Part shown: positions 36,925-46,800 of the stretch, piece after piece
How the letters are laid out: every line of letters starts with the position of its first letter
Numbering within the stretch: the first letter of the stretch is position 1
IMG/VR virus record: IMGVR_UViG_3300030329_004935
Location: 1 to 54,928 of that record
Length of the DNA: 54,928 nt
Reading direction: 5' to 3' (one strand)
Origin: a virus
Taxonomy: Duplodnaviria; Caudoviricetes
Notes under the pieces: generated by a model
What the model was told of the DNA's origin: nothing
The model's database searches: none
What the model saw: the letters and a program-made list of their open reading frames with translations, nothing else
Made by a program: the position numbers and the translations under genes

Positions 36925-38688
36925 ATGATTAAAGAGTTCGCCTTCAGTCTTAGTAAAAGACATTACTTTCAAGAAGCATCTGAAGAAAGTAATTGGCATA
37001 ATCTAGATAACGATACATTTATGTCATTATATGAATACGATGATCATGTTAAAGAGTTCTTTGCAAACAAGAAAACTTTAGCAGGGTATGACGGATTAAT
37101 ATATATGCCAAATGAATTCATTCTAGATGTAGATGGTAAAGACTTTAAGCAAGCAACAGATCTATCAATTGGCTTAAAGATATTATTGAGTGATTTAGAT
37201 ATACCATACAAGTTATTCTTCAGTGGTACAGGATTTCATTTCAATATACCAGCAGACGCATTTAGATGGAAACCAGATCAGAATCTACATTTAAAAGTAA
37301 AAGATGCACTAACTGCTGCAGGAGTATTTAAATATGCCGATCCAGCAGTGACTGATAAAATAAGGCTCATAAGGGTACCTAACACGAAGAATAGTAAGTC
37401 AGGGCTATATAAGGTCCAAATAGACACAAAGTGGCTAGAACTACCTGATTTAGAGCTTAAAATAAAAGAACATGCAAAACACCCTAAGGATATAAATGAT
37501 ATAGAAATGGAATGTAATCCAGTATTTGATGCGCTCACACGTGAGAAAAATAAGATAGCAAATACACCAGAGTTTATATCTCAAGGACGTACTCCTGATC
37601 CTGTTAATTATCCATGTATAAGCAGTATGTTAAACTCTATTCCTATGGGTAGAAGACATAGTGTCGCATTAAGATTAGCAGCATGGTTTAGATGGTTGTA
37701 TCCAGAAGATGTAGTAAGATTGATAATGGAGAAATGGAGAAGACAGGTAGATAATAGCCAGTCATCATTCAGCTCTAAAGAAATGGAAAGTATTATTAAT
37801 AATTGCTATGATGGTCACGGAGGACAAGGATATAGATATGGATGCACTGATCCTATAATGGATGAGTATTGTAAAAATACTTGTAGATTATATAAATCTA
37901 AGAAAGGTCAGAGCGTTATGGATTCAGCTGCTATGGAAGTTCATCTAATAGACTTCTTAAGATCTGATGCAAAACCTATTAACTTAGGAGATGTATATCC
38001 AGGGCAAGACTTTCCTATATATCCAGGTGAAGTTGTTATGATACAAGCTCCACCTAAGAGTATGAAGACTATGATTCTTCAAAATTGGATGAATGCATTT
38101 AAGAAACCTACTTATTTTATTGAGATGGAAATGTCTCCAAGACAAATATGGTCTAGGTTTGTTATGATAGAGATGGGATGGAATGAAGAGCAATTGAGAG
38201 ATCACTATCAACAAATGCAAAATGGTATGGATAAAAGATTTAAATGGTTAACAGTAGATTACTCTTCTCCTTATGCACAAGAGTTGGAGAAAAGAATATC
38301 TATGCTGCCAATTAAACCAGAGATAGTAGTAGTAGATCATATGGGATTATTTAAATCAAGCCAAAGAGATTCTAATATGAAGATAGAAGAAGCATCTCAA
38401 GCTATGATGGAGCTTGCAGTAAAACACAATGTGATAGTCTTTGCAGTAAGCGAGATAACAAAGCAAGCGTTCCATGAAGGCATGAATATAGCATCTTCTA
38501 AAGGTTCATTTAGAACAGCATATAATACTAATAAGTTATTATCAGTTAATCCTCAAAAGAGTTTATCAACTGGATTAATAGAACGTATTAATATTAAATG
38601 TGAAGCTAATAGAGAGAAAGAGAATATTAATGTTAACTTAAAAGTAAATAATACAAGGATATATTACGATGAAAACAGTACATTTTAA
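36925..38688 (+). CDS. AEP primase(-polymerase) fused to a DnaB/RecA-like helicase domain (start revised to MIKEFAFS)
   Basis: LDVD, FSGTGFH and RLIRVPNT AEP motifs; PriCT/Cys region; APPKSMKT, EMEMS, VVVDH helicase motifs; GGGAG SD. Confidence 0.85.
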   Translation: MIKEFAFSLSKRHYFQEASEESNWHNLDNDTFMSLYEYDDHVKEFFANKKTLAGYDGLIYMPNEFILDVDGKDFKQATDLSIGLKILLSDLDIPYKLFFSGTGFHFNIPADAFRWKPDQNLHLKVKDALTAAGVFKYADPAVTDKIRLIRVPNTKNSKSGLYKVQIDTKWLELPDLELKIKEHAKHPKDINDIEMECNPVFDALTREKNKIANTPEFISQGRTPDPVNYPCISSMLNSIPMGRRHSVALRLAAWFRWLYPEDVVRLIMEKWRRQVDNSQSSFSSKEMESIINNCYDGHGGQGYRYGCTDPIMDEYCKNTCRLYKSKKGQSVMDSAAMEVHLIDFLRSDAKPINLGDVYPGQDFPIYPGEVVMIQAPPKSMKTMILQNWMNAFKKPTYFIEMEMSPRQIWSRFVMIEMGWNEEQLRDHYQQMQNGMDKRFKWLTVDYSSPYAQELEKRISMLPIKPEIVVVDHMGLFKSSQRDSNMKIEEASQAMMELAVKHNVIVFAVSEITKQAFHEGMNIASSKGSFRTAYNTNKLLSVNPQKSLSTGLIERINIKCEANREKENINVNLKVNNTRIYYDENSTF

Positions 38689-39052
38689 CGCATACTTTGA
38701 TTACATGCTCAAGGAAGTTAGATCAACTAGAGATGCTGGTCAAAAAGAATATGCTCATACTAAAGAAAATGTGTTTGCTAACTTTGACAGAATAGGAGAA
38801 TCGTTAGATACAACTTCTGAAAAAGTATTAATGACATATTTATTGAAGCATATAGATGGTATTAATGCATGGATGAAAGGTCATGACTCACAAAGAGAAG
38901 ATATATCAGGTAGAATAAAAGATTCTATTGTATATTTATTCTTATTATGGGCTATGATTAAAGGAGAGCAGGAACTAGATGCTATAAAAGAACCTATGAT
39001 TAAATCTTATTATGAAACTTATCCAAATGGAAAGGCGGAAAGCTTATTATAA
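38669..39052 (+). CDS. Nucleotide-modification-associated/MazG-like all-alpha protein (DUF1599-like)
   Basis: KEYA....FANF, LKH.D and D.IVYL.L pattern. Confidence 0.55.
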   Translation: MKTVHFNAYFDYMLKEVRSTRDAGQKEYAHTKENVFANFDRIGESLDTTSEKVLMTYLLKHIDGINAWMKGHDSQREDISGRIKDSIVYLFLLWAMIKGEQELDAIKEPMIKSYYETYPNGKAESLL

Positions 39053-39276
39053 TGGGAATCAAAGATGCAATACTACAAAAAGTCTTAAGAGTTGTCGATG
39101 ATACTATAGGCAAAAAATTTAAAGTAATAGACCATATAACGGATCTATTTCAAGGTGCTGAAGCTAGAATCGACAAACTAGAAGATAGAGTAGATAAATT
39201 GGAGAGAGATTATGAGAATCAACATGAAAAAGAAAGTCGCAGAAATCTTGACGCTAAAACCAAAGGCAAGGGATAA
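39052..39276 (+). CDS. Coiled-coil hypothetical protein
   Basis: TAATG coupling; RIDKLEDRVDKLE heptads. Confidence 0.55.
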   Translation: MGIKDAILQKVLRVVDDTIGKKFKVIDHITDLFQGAEARIDKLEDRVDKLERDYENQHEKESRRNLDAKTKGKG

Positions 39277-39547
39277 CGATTTTTATTTGATGTATTGGAT
39301 GTGGAAAGATGAATTTCATGCATTAAACAAAAAGAATGGTATCTCCTTAGATTTTGATAGAGCAAATATAGTTAACATATTAAGCTTATTGAAAGATAGA
39401 AAGCTATCACATCCAAGTGGAATCATGAGAGCTAGACGAAAGTTGCAAGAAGAGCATCCTGGATTACGAGGAGATATATGGAAGATAAGACATAAAGAAC
39501 AAGAAGTTGTAAAGAAAGATCTAGGATATAAGGGATTTGCACAATGA
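39212..39547 (+). CDS. Conserved phage hypothetical protein
   Basis: P.ARDND..L and I.RARRKLQE..P.LRG motifs common in phage replication modules. Confidence 0.65.
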   Translation: MRINMKKKVAEILTLKPKARDNDFYLMYWMWKDEFHALNKKNGISLDFDRANIVNILSLLKDRKLSHPSGIMRARRKLQEEHPGLRGDIWKIRHKEQEVVKKDLGYKGFAQ

Positions 39548-39723
39548 GAGATATAGAAGTTCATGAGGCCATGATCAATTTAAATCCCTGTTCAAGTAAA
39601 ATGGGCAGGGATGAAGATTTCAAAGATGCTATGAATGCATTTGTGAAATGGACAGACGATAAAATAAAAAATCTAGAAAAGAAAATAAAGGAGTTAGAAT
39701 GTCAGTTAAAGAATATTCAATAA
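39544..39723 (+). CDS. Small hypothetical protein (MRDIEVHE...)
   Basis: ATGA coupling; 59 aa; below the cutoff. Confidence 0.5.
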   Translation: MRDIEVHEAMINLNPCSSKMGRDEDFKDAMNAFVKWTDDKIKNLEKKIKELECQLKNIQ

Positions 39724-39884
39724 AAGATGAGAAAAAACTTTATGATGAAGTTATGATGAAGTATAAGTCAATGAGTGACAAAAAGCTTAAACGTATTATA
39801 CAGATTCTAGACTCGGGAGTTGAGGGATTATGCATGCCTGAATTTATAGATTTCTGCAGGCATCTACAGTCATTAGAAAAATGA
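39699..39884 (+). CDS. Hypothetical protein
   Basis: AAGGAG SD. Confidence 0.55.
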   Translation: MSVKEYSIKDEKKLYDEVMMKYKSMSDKKLKRIIQILDSGVEGLCMPEFIDFCRHLQSLEK

Positions 39885-40174
39885 TGGATTGGGAAAAAGC
39901 ATATCATATTTTAGAAGAGTATATATCGTGGGATACTGAAACAAAAAAAGAAGATATAAAGTTCTTAAAAGAGCGGCTTAATATGTGTGACCCTATATAT
40001 AGGATACTAAAGGGAGCAACAGATGAAACAATAAAGAAAGCTCTAGAACGTCTTAGAAAAGAAACGGGATACGGAGTACCAAATGACAAAACCAAGAAGT
40101 GCGAAAGCAAAAGGAAGAAGGCTACAGAACCTAGTAAGAGACACATTGAGAGAAGTATTTCCCAAGTTGCATAA
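39881..40174 (+). CDS. Hypothetical protein
   Basis: ATGA coupling; 3' end overlaps the nuclease gene. Confidence 0.45.
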   Translation: MMDWEKAYHILEEYISWDTETKKEDIKFLKERLNMCDPIYRILKGATDETIKKALERLRKETGYGVPNDKTKKCESKRKKATEPSKRHIERSISQVA

Positions 40175-40442
40175 AGATGATATTAAGTCACAAACTATGG
40201 GAATGCCAGGCGAAGATATCGTGCTATCTCCTGCTGCTAGAAAAGTAATACCTTATAGTTTTGAATGTAAAAATAAAGAACGATTAGATCTATGGAAATC
40301 TTTAGAACAAGCATTAGAAAACTGTGGAGGTAGAAAACCAGTGTTAATAATAAAAAGAAACAGAAGTCGAGTATATGCTGTCATAGAATATGATGCATTT
40401 CTTGACATAATAGGAGGATTAAATGAAAGAAAAAGTAACTGA
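40083..40442 (+). CDS. PD-(D/E)xK nuclease, putative Holliday junction resolvase
   Basis: KAKGRRLQ, GEDI and FECKN motifs. Confidence 0.75.
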   Translation: MTKPRSAKAKGRRLQNLVRDTLREVFPKLHKDDIKSQTMGMPGEDIVLSPAARKVIPYSFECKNKERLDLWKSLEQALENCGGRKPVLIIKRNRSRVYAVIEYDAFLDIIGGLNERKSN

Positions 40443-40515
40443 ATGGCTTGAGAATAATTGGCTTTATATAGCTATAGGAGCAAGCGTTATAATAGCTGCT
40501 TCCTATATACTATAG
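40423..40515 (+). CDS. Small membrane peptide (30 aa)
   Basis: AGGAGG SD; MKEKVTEWLENNWLYIAIGASVIIAASYIL. Confidence 0.5.
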   Translation: MKEKVTEWLENNWLYIAIGASVIIAASYIL

Positions 40516-40523
40516 GAGAATCA

Positions 40524-40691
40524 ATGGCTAAAAATGCATTCAAAAAAAGAATCCTTAGAGAATACTTGGATCTAACTAATAAAGTGCTGAATACAACCTC
40601 AATAATAGATGAACATAATTATTATGAGCTATCTATGAATATTGAAAAATCAGTGCAAAGAATGATAGGTAGATTAAAGTATCGGGATTAA
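40524..40691 (+). CDS. Hypothetical protein, last gene of the plus arm (start revised to MAKNAFKK)
   Basis: AGGAG SD before ATG 40524. Confidence 0.55.
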   Translation: MAKNAFKKRILREYLDLTNKVLNTTSIIDEHNYYELSMNIEKSVQRMIGRLKYRD

Positions 40692-40697
40692 TAACTC

Positions 40698-40728
40698 AAA
40701 AAGCTATGGGGGGCACCTTGCTCCCCTA
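40698..40728 (-). terminator. Terminator at the convergence of the two arms
   Basis: Minus strand GGGGAGC-AAGGT-GCCCCCC followed by ATAGCTTTTT. Confidence 0.6.
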
Positions 40729-40730
40729 TG

Positions 40731-43700
40731 CTAAAATTGATTTAATGATTGTAATACTTTTCGTTTTTGCTCATCCTCATTAACCTTCGCTTTATTCTTT
40801 GCCTTCCTAGCTTCATATTTCTTCTGTTTAACAAAAGGATCTCTACCAGTCCATCCTTTCTTTGAATAACCTATTTTCTCAGCTATATCCCTCTTGCTTT
40901 CAGCTGCCCATTTTGATATCCATCTAGGCTTATATAGTCCAGTTTCAATACGAATAGCTTGCGGTATATCCCCTCGCGCTAAGGCTGGGATTGTATGCCA
41001 TATCGTTCTTGCAGCAGCAACATTAAATATTCTAGCTACTTGATATCTCCATTGCCAGTTAGAAGGTTCATAATTTAAATGTTTTCTTTTTGCATATTGA
41101 TCTGAAGTAAGATTAAGAAAATCAAATAATTCAGCTACAGTAAATAGATCACTGACAAATGGACCCATATTAGATATGATAGGACCCTTTCCAAAATAAC
41201 TACCATATAATTTTTCTTCTTCTGCTGGAGTTCCTGATTCACGATCTGCTCCCATAAAATCAATTAACTTATTAGCCTCTTCTATGATAGGATTATCAAT
41301 CAGTCCTCCTTTAGATCCACTTATAAACCTTCCTTCGTCTTCTCTAGTGCCTGGCTGATAGCCTATAGTTGAGAATAGTCCTCCTACCTCTATATCAAAC
41401 AGATACGCTGCAAGACCACCAAGCATACTGTATACCATACTCATTCGAGATAGTTGTTGAAAATTTGAATTAATTCGCTTCTTCCCAGTATATGGATTAA
41501 TTTCAACTATATTGAAATCCTTAACGTCTCTAGCAACATTTCTAACAAGTTGATAATTTAAATCAAAAAATGCAAATTTAAAATGTTGAAATTGACCAAT
41601 AGTTTTACCACCTCTACCTTGAAGTATTTTAGCTTTAGCCCAATTATCATAATCAAAATGTAATTTTTTAACCATTTCTAATGCTATATTTCCAGCAGCA
41701 TTTTCCATGGCATCATAAACTTCAGTATCAGTAGGCTGTTTCTTTTTTGCTTTAGTTAGCTTATCTACCCAATAACTATGTCTTTTCTGTTCTAATGTAA
41801 ATGCATGAGCAAAAGCCATTTTAAATGTTTTAAGCCTATTTTGATTTTCAGCCCATTGTTGAGAGTATCTTTGTCCAAGCATCCCAAATGTGAGCACTGT
41901 ACCAGTAGTATATTTAGAAGATAAATCAGCTAACCAGCTCATATTATCTGCAGCTCGTGCTAAATTTGATTTTTTACTAGCATGAACTAATGCTCCTTCT
42001 GCATTTACTGTGAAACCTTTAGGCACCATTATTACATCTAATGAGCCAGCTGTTGCACTAGATATACTAGCAGCATCCCCAACAGTTGAGCCTTTTTCTC
42101 CCATCATCATACCCATGCGACGAAGTTGTCGCTCAACCATCATTGAATTAGTAACTTCTTTTTCTCCCCTTGTAGGATCATATGGTCTATCTGTCCCTTC
42201 ATAAAACTTTCTAGACCTATAATATCCCATTGAGCCAAACTCTATCCAATTCCAAAATCCTTGCGTTCTATTTTTAAGGCCTGACTTTAAACTAAAACCT
42301 AATTTAGACATATATTCAAATCCGTTAATCAATCTTATTGCATGATCCACTTCGGTAAGCGAACCTTTATAATTATTAATAGCAGAATCACGAATTTGAG
42401 CCATAGTATTAATCATTTCATTAGCATAACTTCCAATTTCTTTAGATTCTTCAGACCCTTTCCAACCACCTGTATTGATTTTTCTAGTAGCTTCTACTAA
42501 TGATTTAATACCATCTATATATGCATACTGCACTCTTGCTTTAAAGTTACTACTAGCTACATCATGCACATATTTAGTTAAATAATGTACTGGATCTAAA
42601 CTCCAATATTTACTATCATCAGCTGCCTGTTTTAATCTCTTAGCTACATTGCCTGGTTGTAAATCAGCTATTATAGTTTGCTCTAATTGCTCAGGAGTAA
42701 GATTATCATACTGAACTCTATCTTTATCATTGGCAAATTTTGTAATATTATTCATAATATCTGTCATTTCTAACACCAACTTTGGAAAATACTTTTTAAT
42801 ACCAGTAGCTAAAACCATCTCTCCAGTATGAGGGTCTTCAACTTTATACTTTTCAATTACACCAGTCCTAGGATCAACAACCTCTAAACCATTCTCCCAA
42901 CTCTGCTCCCAGCCTGCCTTTTCTGGATCATTCTTAATCTGCTTCATATCAATATTACCCTGTATCAAAAGAGCATCTATTTCTTTTTGTATTCTCTCTA
43001 TAGAGCGTACAATAAAGTCTCTCTCTACGGGATTATTTAATTCTTGAGCTATACGCTTTTGAGTTATACCAGTATTAATTAATGCTTTCATCATATCAGC
43101 TCTAAGCACATTCCATTTATTAAGAATAATCTTTTCAGTTGGAGTTAAGCCTGTTACTATAGTAAAATCTAATATGCCCTGATACCTTTTTAACACTTCG
43201 CCAGCATAACTAACTCCTGTAGTTCCTTCAGACATGTTCCATCCCGCCATTTGACTTAGCCTAGTCATAAGAGCATCATGCTTAACAGGGTCTACAGATT
43301 TAGGATTAAGCCATAGCTCACGCTCTAACTCTTGAAATTCTTTCAATTCTTTTTTGGTTAAATCCCTGCCCCATTTTTGATATAAAGGAGATTGCTTGTC
43401 TATAAACATTTCATATAGACCTCCTATCATATCATCAGTTAGTTTCTTGCCTTCCTTCATTAATCTCTGGTGATACGATGCGGCCTCCCCTACTCCTTGT
43501 ATAAATTTCTCTCCAAAAAATGTTGTACCTGTCAATCTTTTAGGTAGATAAAAGTTTCTTTGAATCCAATTTTGCTTCTTGCCAATACCATTTAAAAATA
43601 TACTTAAGCCTCTATTAAATCTCTTGATATCAGTTTTATGTATTTCTCGAGTACCCCAAGGAGATCCAGTGTATTTATTCCACAACCATTCAAACGTCAT

Positions 43701-43817
43701 TCTATCTGTAGCACCTATCATTTGAGCTTTAGGATCATTGATAAGTCTGTCCAGTCCATTCTCAATTATCTCTTTAACAAAAGCTTGTTGCTTTGGATCG
43801 TTTCCATTACAAATCAT
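40731..43817 (-). CDS. Large internal virion/ejection protein (1028 aa)
   Basis: Helical; HFDY...K......G....QF..F segment typical of phage large polyvalent/ejection proteins. Confidence 0.6.
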   Translation of the reverse strand: MICNGNDPKQQAFVKEIIENGLDRLINDPKAQMIGATDRMTFEWLWNKYTGSPWGTREIHKTDIKRFNRGLSIFLNGIGKKQNWIQRNFYLPKRLTGTTFFGEKFIQGVGEAASYHQRLMKEGKKLTDDMIGGLYEMFIDKQSPLYQKWGRDLTKKELKEFQELERELWLNPKSVDPVKHDALMTRLSQMAGWNMSEGTTGVSYAGEVLKRYQGILDFTIVTGLTPTEKIILNKWNVLRADMMKALINTGITQKRIAQELNNPVERDFIVRSIERIQKEIDALLIQGNIDMKQIKNDPEKAGWEQSWENGLEVVDPRTGVIEKYKVEDPHTGEMVLATGIKKYFPKLVLEMTDIMNNITKFANDKDRVQYDNLTPEQLEQTIIADLQPGNVAKRLKQAADDSKYWSLDPVHYLTKYVHDVASSNFKARVQYAYIDGIKSLVEATRKINTGGWKGSEESKEIGSYANEMINTMAQIRDSAINNYKGSLTEVDHAIRLINGFEYMSKLGFSLKSGLKNRTQGFWNWIEFGSMGYYRSRKFYEGTDRPYDPTRGEKEVTNSMMVERQLRRMGMMMGEKGSTVGDAASISSATAGSLDVIMVPKGFTVNAEGALVHASKKSNLARAADNMSWLADLSSKYTTGTVLTFGMLGQRYSQQWAENQNRLKTFKMAFAHAFTLEQKRHSYWVDKLTKAKKKQPTDTEVYDAMENAAGNIALEMVKKLHFDYDNWAKAKILQGRGGKTIGQFQHFKFAFFDLNYQLVRNVARDVKDFNIVEINPYTGKKRINSNFQQLSRMSMVYSMLGGLAAYLFDIEVGGLFSTIGYQPGTREDEGRFISGSKGGLIDNPIIEEANKLIDFMGADRESGTPAEEEKLYGSYFGKGPIISNMGPFVSDLFTVAELFDFLNLTSDQYAKRKHLNYEPSNWQWRYQVARIFNVAAARTIWHTIPALARGDIPQAIRIETGLYKPRWISKWAAESKRDIAEKIGYSKKGWTGRDPFVKQKKYEARKAKNKAKVNEDEQKRKVLQSLNQF

Positions 43818-43829
43818 AATTTATCTCCA

Positions 43830-46800
43830 TTAACATCCGTATTGTTCCAATTCTTTCTTTAAAGACTCTTTTGCATTAGTATCTTTTAATTTATCTGAAT
43901 GTTCAAATATAGACTTCCTATAAGGCTTTCTAGGTAAAAACCAATGACCCTGAGGATCTATCTTGTAACCATCTACTCCCTGCCATAAAGACCTAACTCT
44001 ATCTCCTATTGTATGAGCATCAGGCATTTTACCCATAGAACTATTGCCTAACCCTGCACTTAGTCTATAAAGCTCAATAGGATCTAAAAAATAACTCCCG
44101 TTTAAATATGATAACATAATATTCTTTGCTTTCTCATTTAAATTAGTTGTTTCAACCCATCTTGGTAATGCATCTGGTTGAGACATAATACTAAAATCAT
44201 TATCTTTCCTTTTAGTATGCTGTAAATTGAAAAAGACATCGCCTTGCAATGTAGGGTCCCATTCACGTACAAATGCCGTTTTATGACGGTCAATTATATT
44301 TCTGTACCACTCCTCTGCAACAATATGATCTATTACCTGACTGCCCTTATCAGTCCTTAAACGATCAAGTACAGTAAATACTAATCTTTCATTAAGTTTA
44401 TTTGAATTAAAATGAGGCAATTTGCGAGATGTCCTAGTAATTGGATCATACTCAAGCACATCATAAACGCCTTGAGCTGCCTTAGGACTCAACATATTAT
44501 ATAAAAACTGCAAAGCAGCATCATTTCCTCTTAATGGAGATGTATTCATAGCTTCAAGTAAATGGTCTATGACAACTTGTACTTGAGCTTCAGATACCAA
44601 TCCAAATCTTTCTGATGTTTTAGGAGCATTCTGATCTATAATACTTGATGATGTTCTTAATTTAACATCAAACCTTCTTGAAACACCTTGTATAACAGCT
44701 ATATCAGATGGTGACAACGAAGGTATTTCGACTGCAAAAGCTCTCGACATAGCTCTTCTTTGCATGCTTGTATTAGGGTTACCCATTCTTAATACTTTAT
44801 AGTTAATAACAAACTGATCGCCTTTCTGAACAAAATCAGGTCGCTGTCCTTTTGTAGCATCCAAAACATTTATCAACTGTAACTGCCCATCTATCTCTCT
44901 ATAATGACCTACCTTGCCCCAAGACTGCGGTATAAATCTATTCCTTCCAGGTTGTAGCATTTTAACATCAGAAGGGTCAAGATTTGCAGGATTATTAACT
45001 TGTTTATTAAATTCATTTAAAACCTTTACTTTAAACTCATATTGTGCTTGTAAAGAATTGTATTGCGAGTGATTTGATTTTCCCGTAGATCGCATAAAAG
45101 ACATAGTATCTTCGATTTGAGATACTTCCCAGGATAAATAATTTAATTCAGCCCATTTCTTTTGATCTTTAATAATTAAAGAAATTGCTCTAGATATATT
45201 TGCATCACTTCTACTAGTAAACCCAGATAATAAAGAGCCTAATGACGTATCATAGCTAGGTCTATCGGAAAAATGCTTGCTAAGACCTCTCTCCATTGTA
45301 AGTAAACCTTTAATTAAAGGATGTTCAGATACTCCAGCTCCTTTAGGATTGGTGCCCAGGAATGACAATAATATATCTGACAAAATAAATAAATCATTCT
45401 TTTTAGCATTGATATATTGCCCCTTATTATCATAACCTTGCCAATCTAAACCTGCCCATCTAATAGAATTTTTAACATTTTGAAACCTACTAACCATATC
45501 ATAAAGTGACATCTTTCTACTAGTACCATCCATATAATTTTCTGTCATGCTAGCCATATCAAATATTGAACCTAAAGGATTTAAGACTTGTTTAATTAGC
45601 TTTTCTCGCATAGTGAATATCTCTACAGGTATTTCAGTAGTAGCCTTCCAATCTACTGATGTCCATTCGCCTTTAATTTTTTGTTGAACCTTTAACATTC
45701 CTGTCTTAGCATCATTCCATACAATATCTTGTAAATTCACATCATCTATATTGCCATGACGTTTATATATATCAATAGTTTCTTTAATTAAACTCTTCAT
45801 ATGACCTAAGCTATTCTTTAATGTTTTCTCGCCATTAAAAATTATTCTCCATTCTCTATTATTAATAACGCTACTAGCTAAAGAAAAATCATGTTGCTCA
45901 GATGAATACATTGTCCTATGTTTCCAAAGTTTATGCCCAGGTCTTTGAGCAACCATTGCTTGTAGTAAGAACGACTGAATAGCATGCTGCCTTACTAATA
46001 ATGGTCTTTTAGACTCTTTGTTTTTAATGCTAATAAAATAATCTTCTTTTAAATCAGGATTTTCTAATCTTACCTCATCTAATACGCGCTCGAAAATTCT
46101 AGTCGCAGGATCTATCATTCCTGTAACATAAAACATTTCTTCGACAACCGTCCCTGGCATTGCATGTATACTACTAGATTTATCTAAATCAAAATCAGCA
46201 TCTTGAGGGTCTATAACATCAAGCTTATTCATCTCGCTTACTGGGCCTCTTCGTTGGTCTATTAGTTTTTCTACCTTAGTAATAACCCAATCATTCAATC
46301 CTGCCTTAGGAGTTCGTAAATCAGTTGTTGATAGATGCACTCCTTTAAAAGCATTTGCATTACCTATTTTAATTGTTTTGGCCATAGAACTAGAAGAAGA
46401 ATTATTAAGAGTAATGTCTGTCAAATGCCCTACTTTAGAGTCTAAAATCTGTCCATCAATAAAGAGTGCTAAATCTCCCAATGTGCTAACTTTATTTTCT
46501 GAAGCTGATTTTAAAACAAATTGATACTGTTCTTTTATGTAGCTTTCAAACTTGTCCATCTGTTTAAAATGCTGTGGCTGACTTAAACTTCTTAGATGTG
46601 GTCCTAATATTCTTCCATCATGAGTGACAATAATATCGTGTCCTGGAGCAAACAACTCTTCTAATCCAAATTTCTTAATAACACCTTTATCCAAAGTAAA
46701 GATTAAGTTTAAACCTTGAGAAGCATCGCCTATAACACCATCTTTGCTAGCTATCAAATGCTTTTCTATATTTTTATTATATTGATTATAAGGAATTCCA

